DNA of 64,000 nt from a virus. Where the stretch lies: positions 3,338 to 67,337 of IMG/VR virus record IMGVR_UViG_3300013094_000040; one strand, given 5' to 3'. The notes under the pieces were generated by a model. It was not told the origin of the DNA. It saw only the letters and a list, made by a program, of their open reading frames with translations, and ran no database searches. A program made the position numbers and the translations under genes. Positions 1 through 8,460 of this stretch are shown in pieces (the stretch's first letter is position 1; each line of letters begins with the position of its first letter).

Positions 1-1128
1 TTTGGCCAATTGGTATTCTTCTTCGTGCATCTTCTTTAACGAAGGGCTAACAGATTCCATTACGGCCGTTGTTTTATCTGTTACTGTGCCAAAGTGTGCC
101 ATACGATCTTGTATAGCCGCGGTGCTTTCTTTGGTCATTCCCTGTAAAGCATCCATAAAGTCAGCACGAGCTTTTGGATCCATTTTTTGTAGCTCAATTT
201 GCATACGCATTGATGAAGTGGCTGCGTCTGCTTGTGCTTGTTGTTCTTTAGCACTCTTACCAGTTAAATCTGAGATTAATTTTAAATCACGTGCATATTG
301 TTCTGTTTGGGCAGCAACCTCTGCATTAGAAGCATTGAGTTTGCCCATTGGTCCTGCCATACGTTGCATGGTTGTAGCGTATGCGTCAGCCTGCTCTTCC
401 ATGTTCATACCAAGAGCAAACATACCCTGACGAGCTTCTTTACCACCAGCAGCCATGGCTTCAGCCATACGTTTGCTACCAGCGGACACACCCAGACCCG
501 AACGTGTTAATGCATCAGTATTGGCCGCAGTGGCTGCACTCATTTGCTCCAGAGTCATACCACCCTCTTGGGCAGTTTTGGTCATTGCTGTCAGGCCACC
601 GGCATAGATTGCGCCGGCTTGTCCCATCTTTTGATAACTGGCAATCATCTTGCCAGTTTGAGAAATCATAAAGTCTATGCCAGTTTTAGCTAAACTTGCT
701 AAAGCATTGGCAGCAACACTGGCAGTTTGACCTACAGCAACTAACGCAGCGCCACCGGGTTTACCGGCTTTTTTCAGGTCTTCGCCTGCTGACATTAATG
801 CTTGTGCGCCAACCTGTACACCGGTATTGACAGTATCTACTGCCATCTTCATGCCAGCACCGGCGGCAGCAAATGCATCACCACTGGCCATAGCACCTTG
901 GGCTACTTGTAAAAATCCAGAAGTAACCTGGCCGATAACTCGTCCACTCATATAGCCTAAACCGCGGCTCAGTGACTGGAATTCGTCTGTAGCATCTTCA
1001 ACCCCAAGAATCAATTTTGCGTATTGCTTACGCATCTTGTCAATTTCTTGAAGTTCCTTTTCACGGGACTTGGTAGTTTTTTCTAACAGTTCCGTTTCTT
1101 TGGCTTTATTTTCTTCTTCGGTGGGCAT
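1..1128 (-). CDS. Tape-measure-like protein, N-terminal part (runs off the window edge)
   Basis: Not in the ORF track. ATG at 1128-1126 preceded by AGGT; starts MPTEEENKAKETELLEKTTKSREKELQEIDKMRKQYAKL and the same frame reads MHEEEYQLAK at base 1. Ala/Gly/Gln-rich, helical composition; late promoter motif upstream; next to gp26-like gene. Confidence 0.7.
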   Translation of the reverse strand, partial: MPTEEENKAKETELLEKTTKSREKELQEIDKMRKQYAKLILGVEDATDEFQSLSRGLGYMSGRVIGQVTSGFLQVAQGAMASGDAFAAAGAGMKMAVDTVNTGVQVGAQALMSAGEDLKKAGKPGGAALVAVGQTASVAANALASLAKTGIDFMISQTGKMIASYQKMGQAGAIYAGGLTAMTKTAQEGGMTLEQMSAATAANTDALTRSGLGVSAGSKRMAEAMAAGGKEARQGMFALGMNMEEQADAYATTMQRMAGPMGKLNASNAEVAAQTEQYARDLKLISDLTGKSAKEQQAQADAATSSMRMQIELQKMDPKARADFMDALQGMTKESTAAIQDRMAHFGTVTDKTTAVMESVSPSLKKMHEEEYQLAK

Positions 1129-1135
1129 TTTTACC

Positions 1136-1143
1136 TATAAATA
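1136..1143 (+). promoter_or_regulatory. T4-type late promoter TATAAATA driving the gp26-like gene
   Basis: Exact T4 gp55 consensus 35 nt upstream of ATG 1178; a gp55 homolog is encoded in the window. Confidence 0.7.
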
Positions 1144-1160
1144 TCTAAGTATATCAATTA

Positions 1161-1168
1161 TATTTATA
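1161..1168 (-). promoter_or_regulatory. T4-type late promoter TATAAATA driving the tape-measure-like gene
   Basis: TATTTATA on the + strand is TATAAATA on the - strand, 33 nt upstream of the ATG at 1128. Confidence 0.7.
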
Positions 1169-1177
1169 GGAAAAAAT

Positions 1178-2041
1178 ATGCCTCAATTACCAAATAATGC
1201 TAATGTAAACCCATTAGCTAAACATTTTCGCCAGCCTTCTGTTTACATAACACTAACCAGTGGGGGAAAGTATTGGAAAGACGGCTCGCTCGAGTTACCA
1301 GTTAATGGAAAAATTCCAGTATATCCTATGACTGCCAAAGACGAAATTGTGCTAAGAACACCCGATGCCTTAATCGACGGTACCAGCGTAGTACAGGTTG
1401 TGCAGAGTTGTTGCCCTAACATTAAAAATGCCTGGGAAATGCCCAGCGTTGATGTGGACAGCACCATAATTGCTATACGTATTGCCAGCTATGGACCAAA
1501 TATGCCAGTTAGCTCAAAATGCCCCCATTGCGGTGAAGAACACGACTACGATGTTAATTTAAGCGATGCATTAGATAAAATTGTCATGCCCGATTATAGT
1601 CAACCAGTTAATGTTAGCAACGAGATAAGTGTTAAATTAAAACCAATGACTTATCGCCAGGTCAGTAAAGCTGGAAGTATTACCTATGAAGAACAAAGAT
1701 TGATACAGACTCTCCAGGATGAAAATATGCCAGACGAGGAGAGAAAAATCAAATTCAACGGACATGTGCAACGCATGGTCGAATTAAGTGTAGAAAATGT
1801 AGCTGCTTGTACAGAAAGCATTACGGTTGATGGGTCAGACGAAGTAACAAACCCAGCGTTTATTAGAGAATACTATGCCAACGCTGAAACTAATGTCCTT
1901 AAACAAATTCAAGATAGAATACAAGAATTTGCCAATGTTATTAGTATCAAGCCAGTGGATGTAAAATGTACATCCTGCGACGCTTCATTTAAACTTTCAA
2001 TTGATTTTGATTACTCAAGTTTTTTCGGCAAAGGCTTTTGA
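1178..2041 (+). CDS. Baseplate hub assembly protein, T4 gp26-like
   Basis: Probable true start MPQLPNN at 1178 (TAGGA RBS). Motifs LTSGGKYW, PMTAKDEI, IRIASYG, CPHC...CTSC zinc pairs and C-terminal FF resemble the gp26 family. Confidence 0.75.
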   Translation: MPQLPNNANVNPLAKHFRQPSVYITLTSGGKYWKDGSLELPVNGKIPVYPMTAKDEIVLRTPDALIDGTSVVQVVQSCCPNIKNAWEMPSVDVDSTIIAIRIASYGPNMPVSSKCPHCGEEHDYDVNLSDALDKIVMPDYSQPVNVSNEISVKLKPMTYRQVSKAGSITYEEQRLIQTLQDENMPDEERKIKFNGHVQRMVELSVENVAACTESITVDGSDEVTNPAFIREYYANAETNVLKQIQDRIQEFANVISIKPVDVKCTSCDASFKLSIDFDYSSFFGKGF

Positions 2042-2256
2042 TTCTCGGCAACGAAGATATCATAACGTTGCTTAACCGATACGATAGAGAATCAAAAGCC
2101 TTACGCGAAGAATTATTAAGAATGTGTTGGTATATGCGTGGTGGCATTACCTATGATGAGGCATTTATGCTCACTCAGGAAGAACGCGAACTTATTAACA
2201 AGATCATTAAAGAAAATATGGAAACAACTAAAAAGTCAGGATTGCCATTCTTTTAA
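2038..2256 (+). CDS. Small baseplate hub assembly protein, T4 gp51-like (possibly expressed as a -1 frameshift extension of the upstream gene)
   Basis: 72-aa helical ORF (WYMRGGITYDEAFMLTQEERELI) directly after the gp26-like gene; TTG start without a clear RBS. Confidence 0.6.
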   Translation: MILGNEDIITLLNRYDRESKALREELLRMCWYMRGGITYDEAFMLTQEERELINKIIKENMETTKKSGLPFF

Positions 2257-2272
2257 GATCTCTAACGAGATC

Positions 2273-2304
2273 TGTTGTTTCGCTTTGCTCACAACATTTT
2301 TTTT
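2273..2304 (+). terminator. Probable intrinsic terminator of the gp26/gp51 unit
   Basis: TGTTGT...ACAACA stem followed by T8; preceded by a perfect hairpin AGATCTC-TAAC-GAGATCT (2256-2273). Confidence 0.45.
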
Positions 2305-2309
2305 ATTAT

Positions 2310-2697
2310 TGATGTTTTTCAGTATCATCCAGATTTATCAGTCACACTTTGCCCGCTAAAGGGGCAAAATGAAATTGTAGCATCATCCGAGTAGCACAAT
2401 CACTTAGCGTTAGAACTACATACTTACGTATACACAGGCGGTTGTCCGGTACCTGCTCGTTCTGTCTTTATACAACGGCGGTTTGTAAACATACGCTAAC
2501 ACATTTACAAACGTGTGAGATTTCCTCACTCTTTTAGCCTTTTCCTAATACTTTTCAAACAATCAAACCGCTTATAGGCGTATGCGATCCGGGTCCTGTT
2601 AAGGATACTGATTGAGTGCTCTCGGGCGCAGAGAGGCTTCCGTCCGGGTATAGTTAAATCCCTTGTCTTAGACACATGATGTTGACCTGTGCGAGTC
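2310..2697 (-). ncRNA. Putative large structured non-coding RNA (unassigned family)
   Basis: No credible ORF. At least nine helices, several with G-U pairs valid only on the minus strand, a GUAA tetraloop, and a 7-bp loop-to-distal complement (2493-2499 with 2404-2410). Boundaries approximate. Confidence 0.65.
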
Positions 2698-3132
2698 TTA
2701 ACTGCCTAATTTATTTTTTATATGGGAGCCATGGACACGGACTTGAATATGTCCGTTATAATAATCATCTGATTCTAAGACTTGGTGTCTAAATTGTTCT
2801 CTTGCTTCTATGTAACTACATTCTGCTTTGCTTTTGCAATAATATAGTATTTCTCTTGTAAAATTGTCAATGCCTAATTCAGCCACATCTTTGTTTAATT
2901 CAATATTTGAGCCATAATATGTTTGCCAATCCGAGTCTATCTTACCCTTAATTTTCTTGCGTTTCTTCTTGCCATTCTTTAGTTTAACCATACGATACGT
3001 AGTTTTGCTAAACTTTGCTAATTTTTTGCCAATATATTTCCTGCCAGACAGTTTATTAGTGATCAAATAAACAAATCCGACACAATCTTCGGGTAAAATT
3101 TCTACAATAGAGTTTTCGAATAACCATGACAT
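2698..3132 (-). CDS. GIY-YIG endonuclease, T4 endonuclease II (DenA)-like
   Basis: GFVYLITN...RKYIGKK GIY-YIG motif, DWQTYYGS, FTREIL, E...YYN; 144 aa. Confidence 0.8.
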   Translation of the reverse strand: MSWLFENSIVEILPEDCVGFVYLITNKLSGRKYIGKKLAKFSKTTYRMVKLKNGKKKRKKIKGKIDSDWQTYYGSNIELNKDVAELGIDNFTREILYYCKSKAECSYIEAREQFRHQVLESDDYYNGHIQVRVHGSHIKNKLGS

Positions 3133-3138
3133 GCATTG

Positions 3139-3145
3139 TAGTTAT
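3139..3145 (-). promoter_or_regulatory. Late-promoter variant ATAACTA, 6 nt upstream of the nuclease ATG
   Basis: Matches the ATAA(A/G)TA motif seen before structural genes; no SD sequence between motif and ATG. Confidence 0.45.
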
Positions 3146-3179
3146 CTCTCTGTAACATGATAGTAATATAGTCTTGAAA

Positions 3180-4949
3180 TTACGCAATATCTACATCTGT
3201 ATTGTAACTTGTGTACCCGTTTTCCTTAACAACGTGCAGAGTATTGTTTACACGCCCTGCAAGTTCGTCTTTGTGCGACACTAACCAAATTGACTTGTTA
3301 GCTTCGCGACTCATCTTTTTCAGGATAGCCAGGCTGTTTTCCACGCCCGAGCTATCCATACCGCTGTCAACTAACTCGTCAATAAACAACAAGTTAATAG
3401 GCTGATATAAACTTTCCCAAACATCTCGGAACGCCCAGCTCAAGGATAAGATCAAGCGGTTACGTTCTCCCCGTGATAGGTTGTCAAAGTCTAAATCTCT
3501 TCCCAATTCCGTAATGCTTACGCTAAGATCATTGTTGAACTTAACGGTGTGTGGTAAGCCAATACGATCAAGGTACTGTCCCAAGCGGGCATTTAAGTAA
3601 CTTAAATTCTGGTCAATAATACGTTTACGAATAAACGAATCTTTGTTTGTTAATAGTTTAAGCAAAAATTCCTGATGATCTTTTACATTTGTTAGATCAT
3701 TGATTATATCAAATTTAATTTCTTCTACGCCTTGCGTTTGCATTTCTGCAATTTGTTCTGTGTACGGATCTTCTTCGGCCTGCTTGGTAGCTAATTGTGT
3801 AATCAAACTATCAACTGTGGCTTGATGATGAATAGCATCTGATTCCCGATCGTAAAATGTTTCAGGACGTGGACCTAAACGGCCCAGCCCGTCGTGAGCC
3901 GACTGTAGTTCAACCAGGGTGGCAGCATGTGCTTCCGCTGACTCAGTTGCTCCTGCCAAATCTCTCTGCTTCTGTCCCAATACTTGTTGGTGCTTCTCGT
4001 CATGGAACTCTTGACCGCAGGTATGACACGTATGATTTTCCAACGAAACAAGTTCTGCTGAGATCTTAGTAATAGTTTTTTCTTCGCGGGCGACATCCAT
4101 TTTGGATCTCGCAATCGCCGACGATAGTTCATTGATATCCTTGCGAGTTTGATCCCACGTTTTAAACGCTTGGTGTGCCTGAATCTCGGACGCGATGTCG
4201 ATCTTCTGTAGCTCTTCAAGCGCCGTTTGTAATTTCTGTACCTCTTCTGCATGTTTAGTCACCCACAATGTTTGTCGACGCTTTAACGATTCTATTTGTT
4301 CTTCAATACGTTTGTTAGCATCGCCTACTGCTTTAATGCGAGCTTCTTCGGCAGTAATAGCATCTTTGGTAGCCTTATTAGCTTCTTTTAATCTGTCAGC
4401 CTTTTCAGACAACATAGTGATACCAAGCAACTGTTCAATAATAGTACGTTGATCATTGGCTTTAAGTGCTAAAAATGGTTCAGTATAGGTATTAAGTGCC
4501 ACAATATGTTTGAACATGTCGTGACTCATACCTAACATACGTTCTATCTCTGCTTGTGTTTCTCTTGAATCGCCTTGTGCATCATCGGTAATTTCTCGTT
4601 CAACGCTACCCACAAAGAACTTCATTGTGTTGGGTTTACGTCCACGTTCGATTCGATAGCTTTCGCCATCCTTTTCAAAATCAATAGTAACCATCATATT
4701 CTTTTGGTTAGTTTTATTGATTAAATTATCTTTCTTGATGTTGGTAAGTGCGTTGCCATATAAGGCATAACTGAGTGCATTGATAATAGTGGTTTTACCC
4801 GTACCATTACGTGCTCCTGTGTCGTCGCCACCTAAATCTAAGTTTTCGCCTAAGACCAAAGTGAGATCTTGTCGATCAAAGTTTACTGCCTGAGTGGTAT
4901 TACCCACGCTCATAAAATTCTTAACGGTTAGATCTTTTATTTTAAACAT
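3180..4949 (-). CDS. gp46: Recombination endonuclease ATPase subunit (Rad50/SbcC family)
   Basis: KNFMSVG, Walker A NGTGKTT, coiled coil with CHTC zinc hook, signature LSRGE, Walker B LFIDE, SH motif. Confidence 0.95.
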   Translation of the reverse strand: MFKIKDLTVKNFMSVGNTTQAVNFDRQDLTLVLGENLDLGGDDTGARNGTGKTTIINALSYALYGNALTNIKKDNLINKTNQKNMMVTIDFEKDGESYRIERGRKPNTMKFFVGSVEREITDDAQGDSRETQAEIERMLGMSHDMFKHIVALNTYTEPFLALKANDQRTIIEQLLGITMLSEKADRLKEANKATKDAITAEEARIKAVGDANKRIEEQIESLKRRQTLWVTKHAEEVQKLQTALEELQKIDIASEIQAHQAFKTWDQTRKDINELSSAIARSKMDVAREEKTITKISAELVSLENHTCHTCGQEFHDEKHQQVLGQKQRDLAGATESAEAHAATLVELQSAHDGLGRLGPRPETFYDRESDAIHHQATVDSLITQLATKQAEEDPYTEQIAEMQTQGVEEIKFDIINDLTNVKDHQEFLLKLLTNKDSFIRKRIIDQNLSYLNARLGQYLDRIGLPHTVKFNNDLSVSITELGRDLDFDNLSRGERNRLILSLSWAFRDVWESLYQPINLLFIDELVDSGMDSSGVENSLAILKKMSREANKSIWLVSHKDELAGRVNNTLHVVKENGYTSYNTDVDIA

Positions 4950-4955
4950 TAGTCA

Positions 4956-4984
4956 AGTATAGATTTATTTTTCTGAATAGTCAA
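4956..4984 (-). promoter_or_regulatory. Sigma70-type promoter of gp46 (TTGACT-17-TATACT)
   Basis: Near-consensus -35/-10 with 17-nt spacer; -10 ends 6 nt before the ATG. Confidence 0.7.
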
Positions 4985-4986
4985 TT

Positions 4987-6417
4987 TTAGTTTTTTCTAA
5001 AATCTTGTCTTAGCGATTCGTGGTCAAGTTTGAATTCTTCGTATTTTTGTTTATTTAGATAAGCAACCTTATCAAATTGTAGTCGGCTGAACTTTTCTGA
5101 TAACTTTGAATTAACGTCATCCAAATTAATCTGTCCTTGCCAAACCGCAATATAAATCTTTTGATATGCCACATCTACTACCACGTCAGCAGAAACACCA
5201 TTTTGATTTACAATATCAGCAAGCTCACTGATTTGGAAATCTGTTTCGTTAATACGATAAAAGTTCGAACGCCCAAGGTGTGTGTAACCATCTACACTAT
5301 TGCCGGCAAACAAATCTTCCAATTGAATAGTCTGCGGATAAAGAGCTGGACAACCCACGGATAATTTTCCATCAACAATGTTGACCTTAAAAAATTGGTC
5401 AACAGTATTGCCCATATAGTTTATTTGATAATTGTCTGTTGTGGTTGTTGCGTCTATAGTTCTTAATAGGATAGGCCCACAGGTCTCGTTGCCACCAAAC
5501 ATACTACGTAGACGTGCAACTCGAACCTTTTGTATTTTTTCCACATAGTCTGGAGTGATATAGTACCCACCAACAATAATATCAATGCTGTGTTCAAATT
5601 GCATTTCGTTTTTAATCATGTAATCTAACATGTTGTCCAACATAGATTTCCAGGATAACATCAATCGAGAAATTTTGTTTGCAATGACGAAATTGACAAA
5701 CTCCTCAACATCATCGGTAAACTGACTGACAAATTGATAATGTTCGTCTGCACCAGCAAAACCCGGTAAAAAATTAGCCATTAATACAGCTGCATGATGC
5801 ATATTGCGTACATGAGCAATGCGTTGATTTTTTAAATCAAGTACAACGGCATTACGTTTACCAATTCTATAGAGTTGTTGGTGTGTGTATGTTAATAATT
5901 TTGGCTCACCGGTAGTACCGCTGGAAGTAGTCCATAATAAAACATCATCCGGCGCAGAGAAAATCTTAGTAGATACGTTATTAAAAGTTGCTGGATTATC
6001 AATAGTATACTCGTGAAAAATATCTTCCTGCATGGTTTTTGTGCTGTAACGCCGGCACATGTTTACCAGACTGGGAGTATTTTTAGTTACATTATCGTAA
6101 TAGATTAAATCAACAAACCCCCAGGATTTTACCAAAGTTTCCATTTTGCTTGAATAGCCATCTTCTCGTGTTGGCTTCTCGGGAAAAATTAAAATTTTTA
6201 ATCCCAACTCTGCTGCAGCAAAAAATAAAGAAGTATAGGTAAAACTAACAGATTGATCGACCAGGCCAATACTCATGCCGGGTCGCATATGATATTTTTC
6301 AAATAGTATAATTTTCCAAAAGTTGATATTGTCGTTTAACTCTTGGTTAGTAAATGTATTTTTTTGATCGTGATAAGATAAATTCTGCGTGACGTAATCA
6401 CGACTGATGACTTCCAT
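4987..6417 (-). CDS. ANL-superfamily adenylating enzyme (acyl-CoA synthetase/AMP-binding-like)
   Basis: P-loop TTSSGTTGEPK, FGGNETCG, HLGRS...RIN motifs. Confidence 0.75.
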   Translation of the reverse strand: MEVISRDYVTQNLSYHDQKNTFTNQELNDNINFWKIILFEKYHMRPGMSIGLVDQSVSFTYTSLFFAAAELGLKILIFPEKPTREDGYSSKMETLVKSWGFVDLIYYDNVTKNTPSLVNMCRRYSTKTMQEDIFHEYTIDNPATFNNVSTKIFSAPDDVLLWTTSSGTTGEPKLLTYTHQQLYRIGKRNAVVLDLKNQRIAHVRNMHHAAVLMANFLPGFAGADEHYQFVSQFTDDVEEFVNFVIANKISRLMLSWKSMLDNMLDYMIKNEMQFEHSIDIIVGGYYITPDYVEKIQKVRVARLRSMFGGNETCGPILLRTIDATTTTDNYQINYMGNTVDQFFKVNIVDGKLSVGCPALYPQTIQLEDLFAGNSVDGYTHLGRSNFYRINETDFQISELADIVNQNGVSADVVVDVAYQKIYIAVWQGQINLDDVNSKLSEKFSRLQFDKVAYLNKQKYEEFKLDHESLRQDFRKN

Positions 6418-7436
6418 TATAAACTCCTATAGATGTCTAACAATAAATTTTTATTAAATTGTTCGCTTTCGATACTGCTTAACTGCCCGTAGACAATTTG
6501 ATCAACTGATTCAAATTCGATATTGCCCTGTATTTCATAATCAGTTAAGTCGGTAACCTTGGCAGGGATAAGCGTAATTTCACGTAAGTTGTAAGTGTCG
6601 ATAAATGTTTCTTTGATAAAAGTAGCTTCTTCGTAGCTAATATCAATGTCTAAATTAACACGCACATGCATATTTGGTTTTAGCATGGCCTCTGTGTGTT
6701 TGAGCACATCCGACAAATTAAACACACGATACATGGGCTGATCAGGCCAGGCATAGTATACAGGGTCTTTGTCCCATTCTAATATCATAAGGCCTCTGTC
6801 ATCGTCGCCGGCATCGGCATAGTTATGTGGAAAACAGTTGCCCAAATAAGTCACATTGCCGCGAGTCTGTCGCTTATGGAAATGTCCGGAAAACACATGC
6901 TCAAATCCGGCTAAGTCGTGCTTTGGATCCACTTCGCCGTGGTCGGGCATAGCTACCATAGCATTCATCAAGTATCCAGGCAGTTCAAAGTGCCCAAACA
7001 TATACTTGCCTTTGAGCTTCTTTAATCGTTTGAAGTCGTCGCCCACAAGCCACGGAGCAATAGTGACGTCGCCGATAGTAGTCCAATCGTTACAAATATG
7101 GATGTTAGTAAGGTGTTTGGCCCACTCCACACTTTGTACATCACGCTTATCGCGATAATACAAATCATGGTTGCCTGGAATAAAGTATGTTTGATCAAAG
7201 TTAGCATTCAGGTGCTCCAGTGCTTGTAGACTGTATTGTAGCGTAAGGATGTTAATGCTGGCACGATTATTATGCCAGTCACCCAAAAACAAACAGGTGT
7301 CGCATCCTTCCTCTCGGGCTTTAGCAGTTGCCCACTTTACAAAATTTAAACAGTCTTCGTTGTGTAGCGTACTGTTCGACTTCAATCCAAAATGGATGTC
7401 CGTAAACACAGCCGCCTTCTTAAAAAGGTTAGTCAT
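6417..7436 (-). CDS. gp47: Recombination endonuclease nuclease subunit (Mre11/SbcD family)
   Basis: Metallophosphoesterase motifs TDIHFG, LGDW, PGNHD, GHFE, SGHFH; lies between gp55 and gp46 as in T4. Confidence 0.95.
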   Translation of the reverse strand: MTNLFKKAAVFTDIHFGLKSNSTLHNEDCLNFVKWATAKAREEGCDTCLFLGDWHNNRASINILTLQYSLQALEHLNANFDQTYFIPGNHDLYYRDKRDVQSVEWAKHLTNIHICNDWTTIGDVTIAPWLVGDDFKRLKKLKGKYMFGHFELPGYLMNAMVAMPDHGEVDPKHDLAGFEHVFSGHFHKRQTRGNVTYLGNCFPHNYADAGDDDRGLMILEWDKDPVYYAWPDQPMYRVFNLSDVLKHTEAMLKPNMHVRVNLDIDISYEEATFIKETFIDTYNLREITLIPAKVTDLTDYEIQGNIEFESVDQIVYGQLSSIESEQFNKNLLLDIYRSL

Positions 7437-7444
7437 AGTATACT

Positions 7445-7473
7445 AATATAGAGGATTAAATGAGCGAAGTCAA
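7445..7473 (-). promoter_or_regulatory. Sigma70-type promoter of gp47 (TTGACT-17-TATATT)
   Basis: 17-nt spacer; -10 ends 8 nt before the ATG; no SD. Confidence 0.6.
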
Positions 7474-7477
7474 AGAC

Positions 7478-8374
7478 TTATTCGTCCGAGTCGTGACTTG
7501 CACCACCACCACTACCCCATTGTCCACCACCGGAGCTCATGCCCTGGCGTGTATAGCTTGGCATCAAGCCATTCTGTTCCATAATGTCATCGCGTAGGTT
7601 TTGGTTACGCTTTTCAATATTTAGAACACGAGTAAATGAGTTTGTAATTGCTGCTGTATAATAAGCAAATGGATTTTGTGACTTAGCTTCGTCAAACTGT
7701 AGACCAATTTGACTTAACTGTAAGAGTGCTTGACTACGCATTTCGTCATTGTAGGTATAACCACGCCAGTTGCTACGTGTAGCATAGCGTTCACATAATT
7801 TAATAAACATATGAGCCAGTTTAGGAGTCATCTTGCCGTGATCTTTGCTAAACTTGCCGGTCTTTAATCCACCGGCCCAATGACTTTTACCCACAAGTTC
7901 GGGTTCGCCTTGGTCGTTTAATTTATAGTGTTGGAATGGAGGAAAGTTTACCTTGACGTATTTGGTATGAGTAGTGTCTAATTCGTCGTATTCAGTTAAT
8001 AACGGATCCTCGTCATCTTCAATTTCCAAGGCATTCATACGTGCTTTTTTAGTTTTAGCATCGTCAACTGGAATATGATCCCAAGTCATTACTCGGAATA
8101 CTACATCTGTGTCAGGGACATCTTTGAGTTTAACTTCAAATTCGTCTAATTTACGCTTAACACCATCTTTGGTAGCTTCTTCGTGTGCTAATTTAGCCAA
8201 TCGTTCAGCACGGTTTTTACGTGCCTCTAACGTGTTCTTTTTGTTGATTTTTTCTACCGATGGTAAAATAATATCATAATCCGCATACTCTTGTTTGGTA
8301 TAGCTACAGTAGGTAGTTTTACTTTTGTGTATTTCTTTGAGTATGTCTTTGTTGTTTAAATAATTGTGTTTCAT
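7478..8374 (-). CDS. gp55: Late-transcription sigma factor
   Basis: HNYLNNKD N-terminus and RSNWRGYTYNDEM...FDEAKSQNPFAYYTAAITNSFTRVLNIEK match the gp55 family; start reassigned to MKHNYL (GGAGA RBS). Confidence 0.9.
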   Translation of the reverse strand: MKHNYLNNKDILKEIHKSKTTYCSYTKQEYADYDIILPSVEKINKKNTLEARKNRAERLAKLAHEEATKDGVKRKLDEFEVKLKDVPDTDVVFRVMTWDHIPVDDAKTKKARMNALEIEDDEDPLLTEYDELDTTHTKYVKVNFPPFQHYKLNDQGEPELVGKSHWAGGLKTGKFSKDHGKMTPKLAHMFIKLCERYATRSNWRGYTYNDEMRSQALLQLSQIGLQFDEAKSQNPFAYYTAAITNSFTRVLNIEKRNQNLRDDIMEQNGLMPSYTRQGMSSGGGQWGSGGGASHDSDE

Positions 8375-8403
8375 TTTAATGATGTCTCCCGACAAGTTAG
8401 TGC

Positions 8404-8432
8404 ATACTAACATATTACATATCCTGTGTCAA
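8404..8432 (-). promoter_or_regulatory. Sigma70-type promoter of gp55 (TTGACA-17-TAGTAT)
   Basis: Perfect -35 and 17-nt spacer upstream of gp55. Confidence 0.65.
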
Positions 8433-8460
8433 CCGATTAATAATAGCCGTTTATTTTTTG

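Noticed and set aside
2-671. Plus-strand ORFs 2..430, 298..510 and 381..671
   Set aside because: Shadows of the long minus-strand ORF 1..1128, which has an RBS, a promoter and plausible composition.
1070-1177. N-terminal extension of the gp26-like ORF given in the track
   Set aside because: Overlaps the divergent gene and both promoters; ATG 1178 has the RBS.
2310-2697. tRNA, tmRNA, RNase P RNA or CRISPR array in the intergenic region
   Set aside because: No cloverleaf or T-loop, no tag ORF with a tRNA-like end, no RNase P P4 consensus, and no regularly spaced repeats recognised by eye.
2257-3132. Group I intron with a GIY-YIG homing endonuclease
   Set aside because: The flanking genes converge and are intact, so there are no exons to join. 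I could not identify P7 or other core motifs, and the nuclease resembles free-standing endonuclease II.
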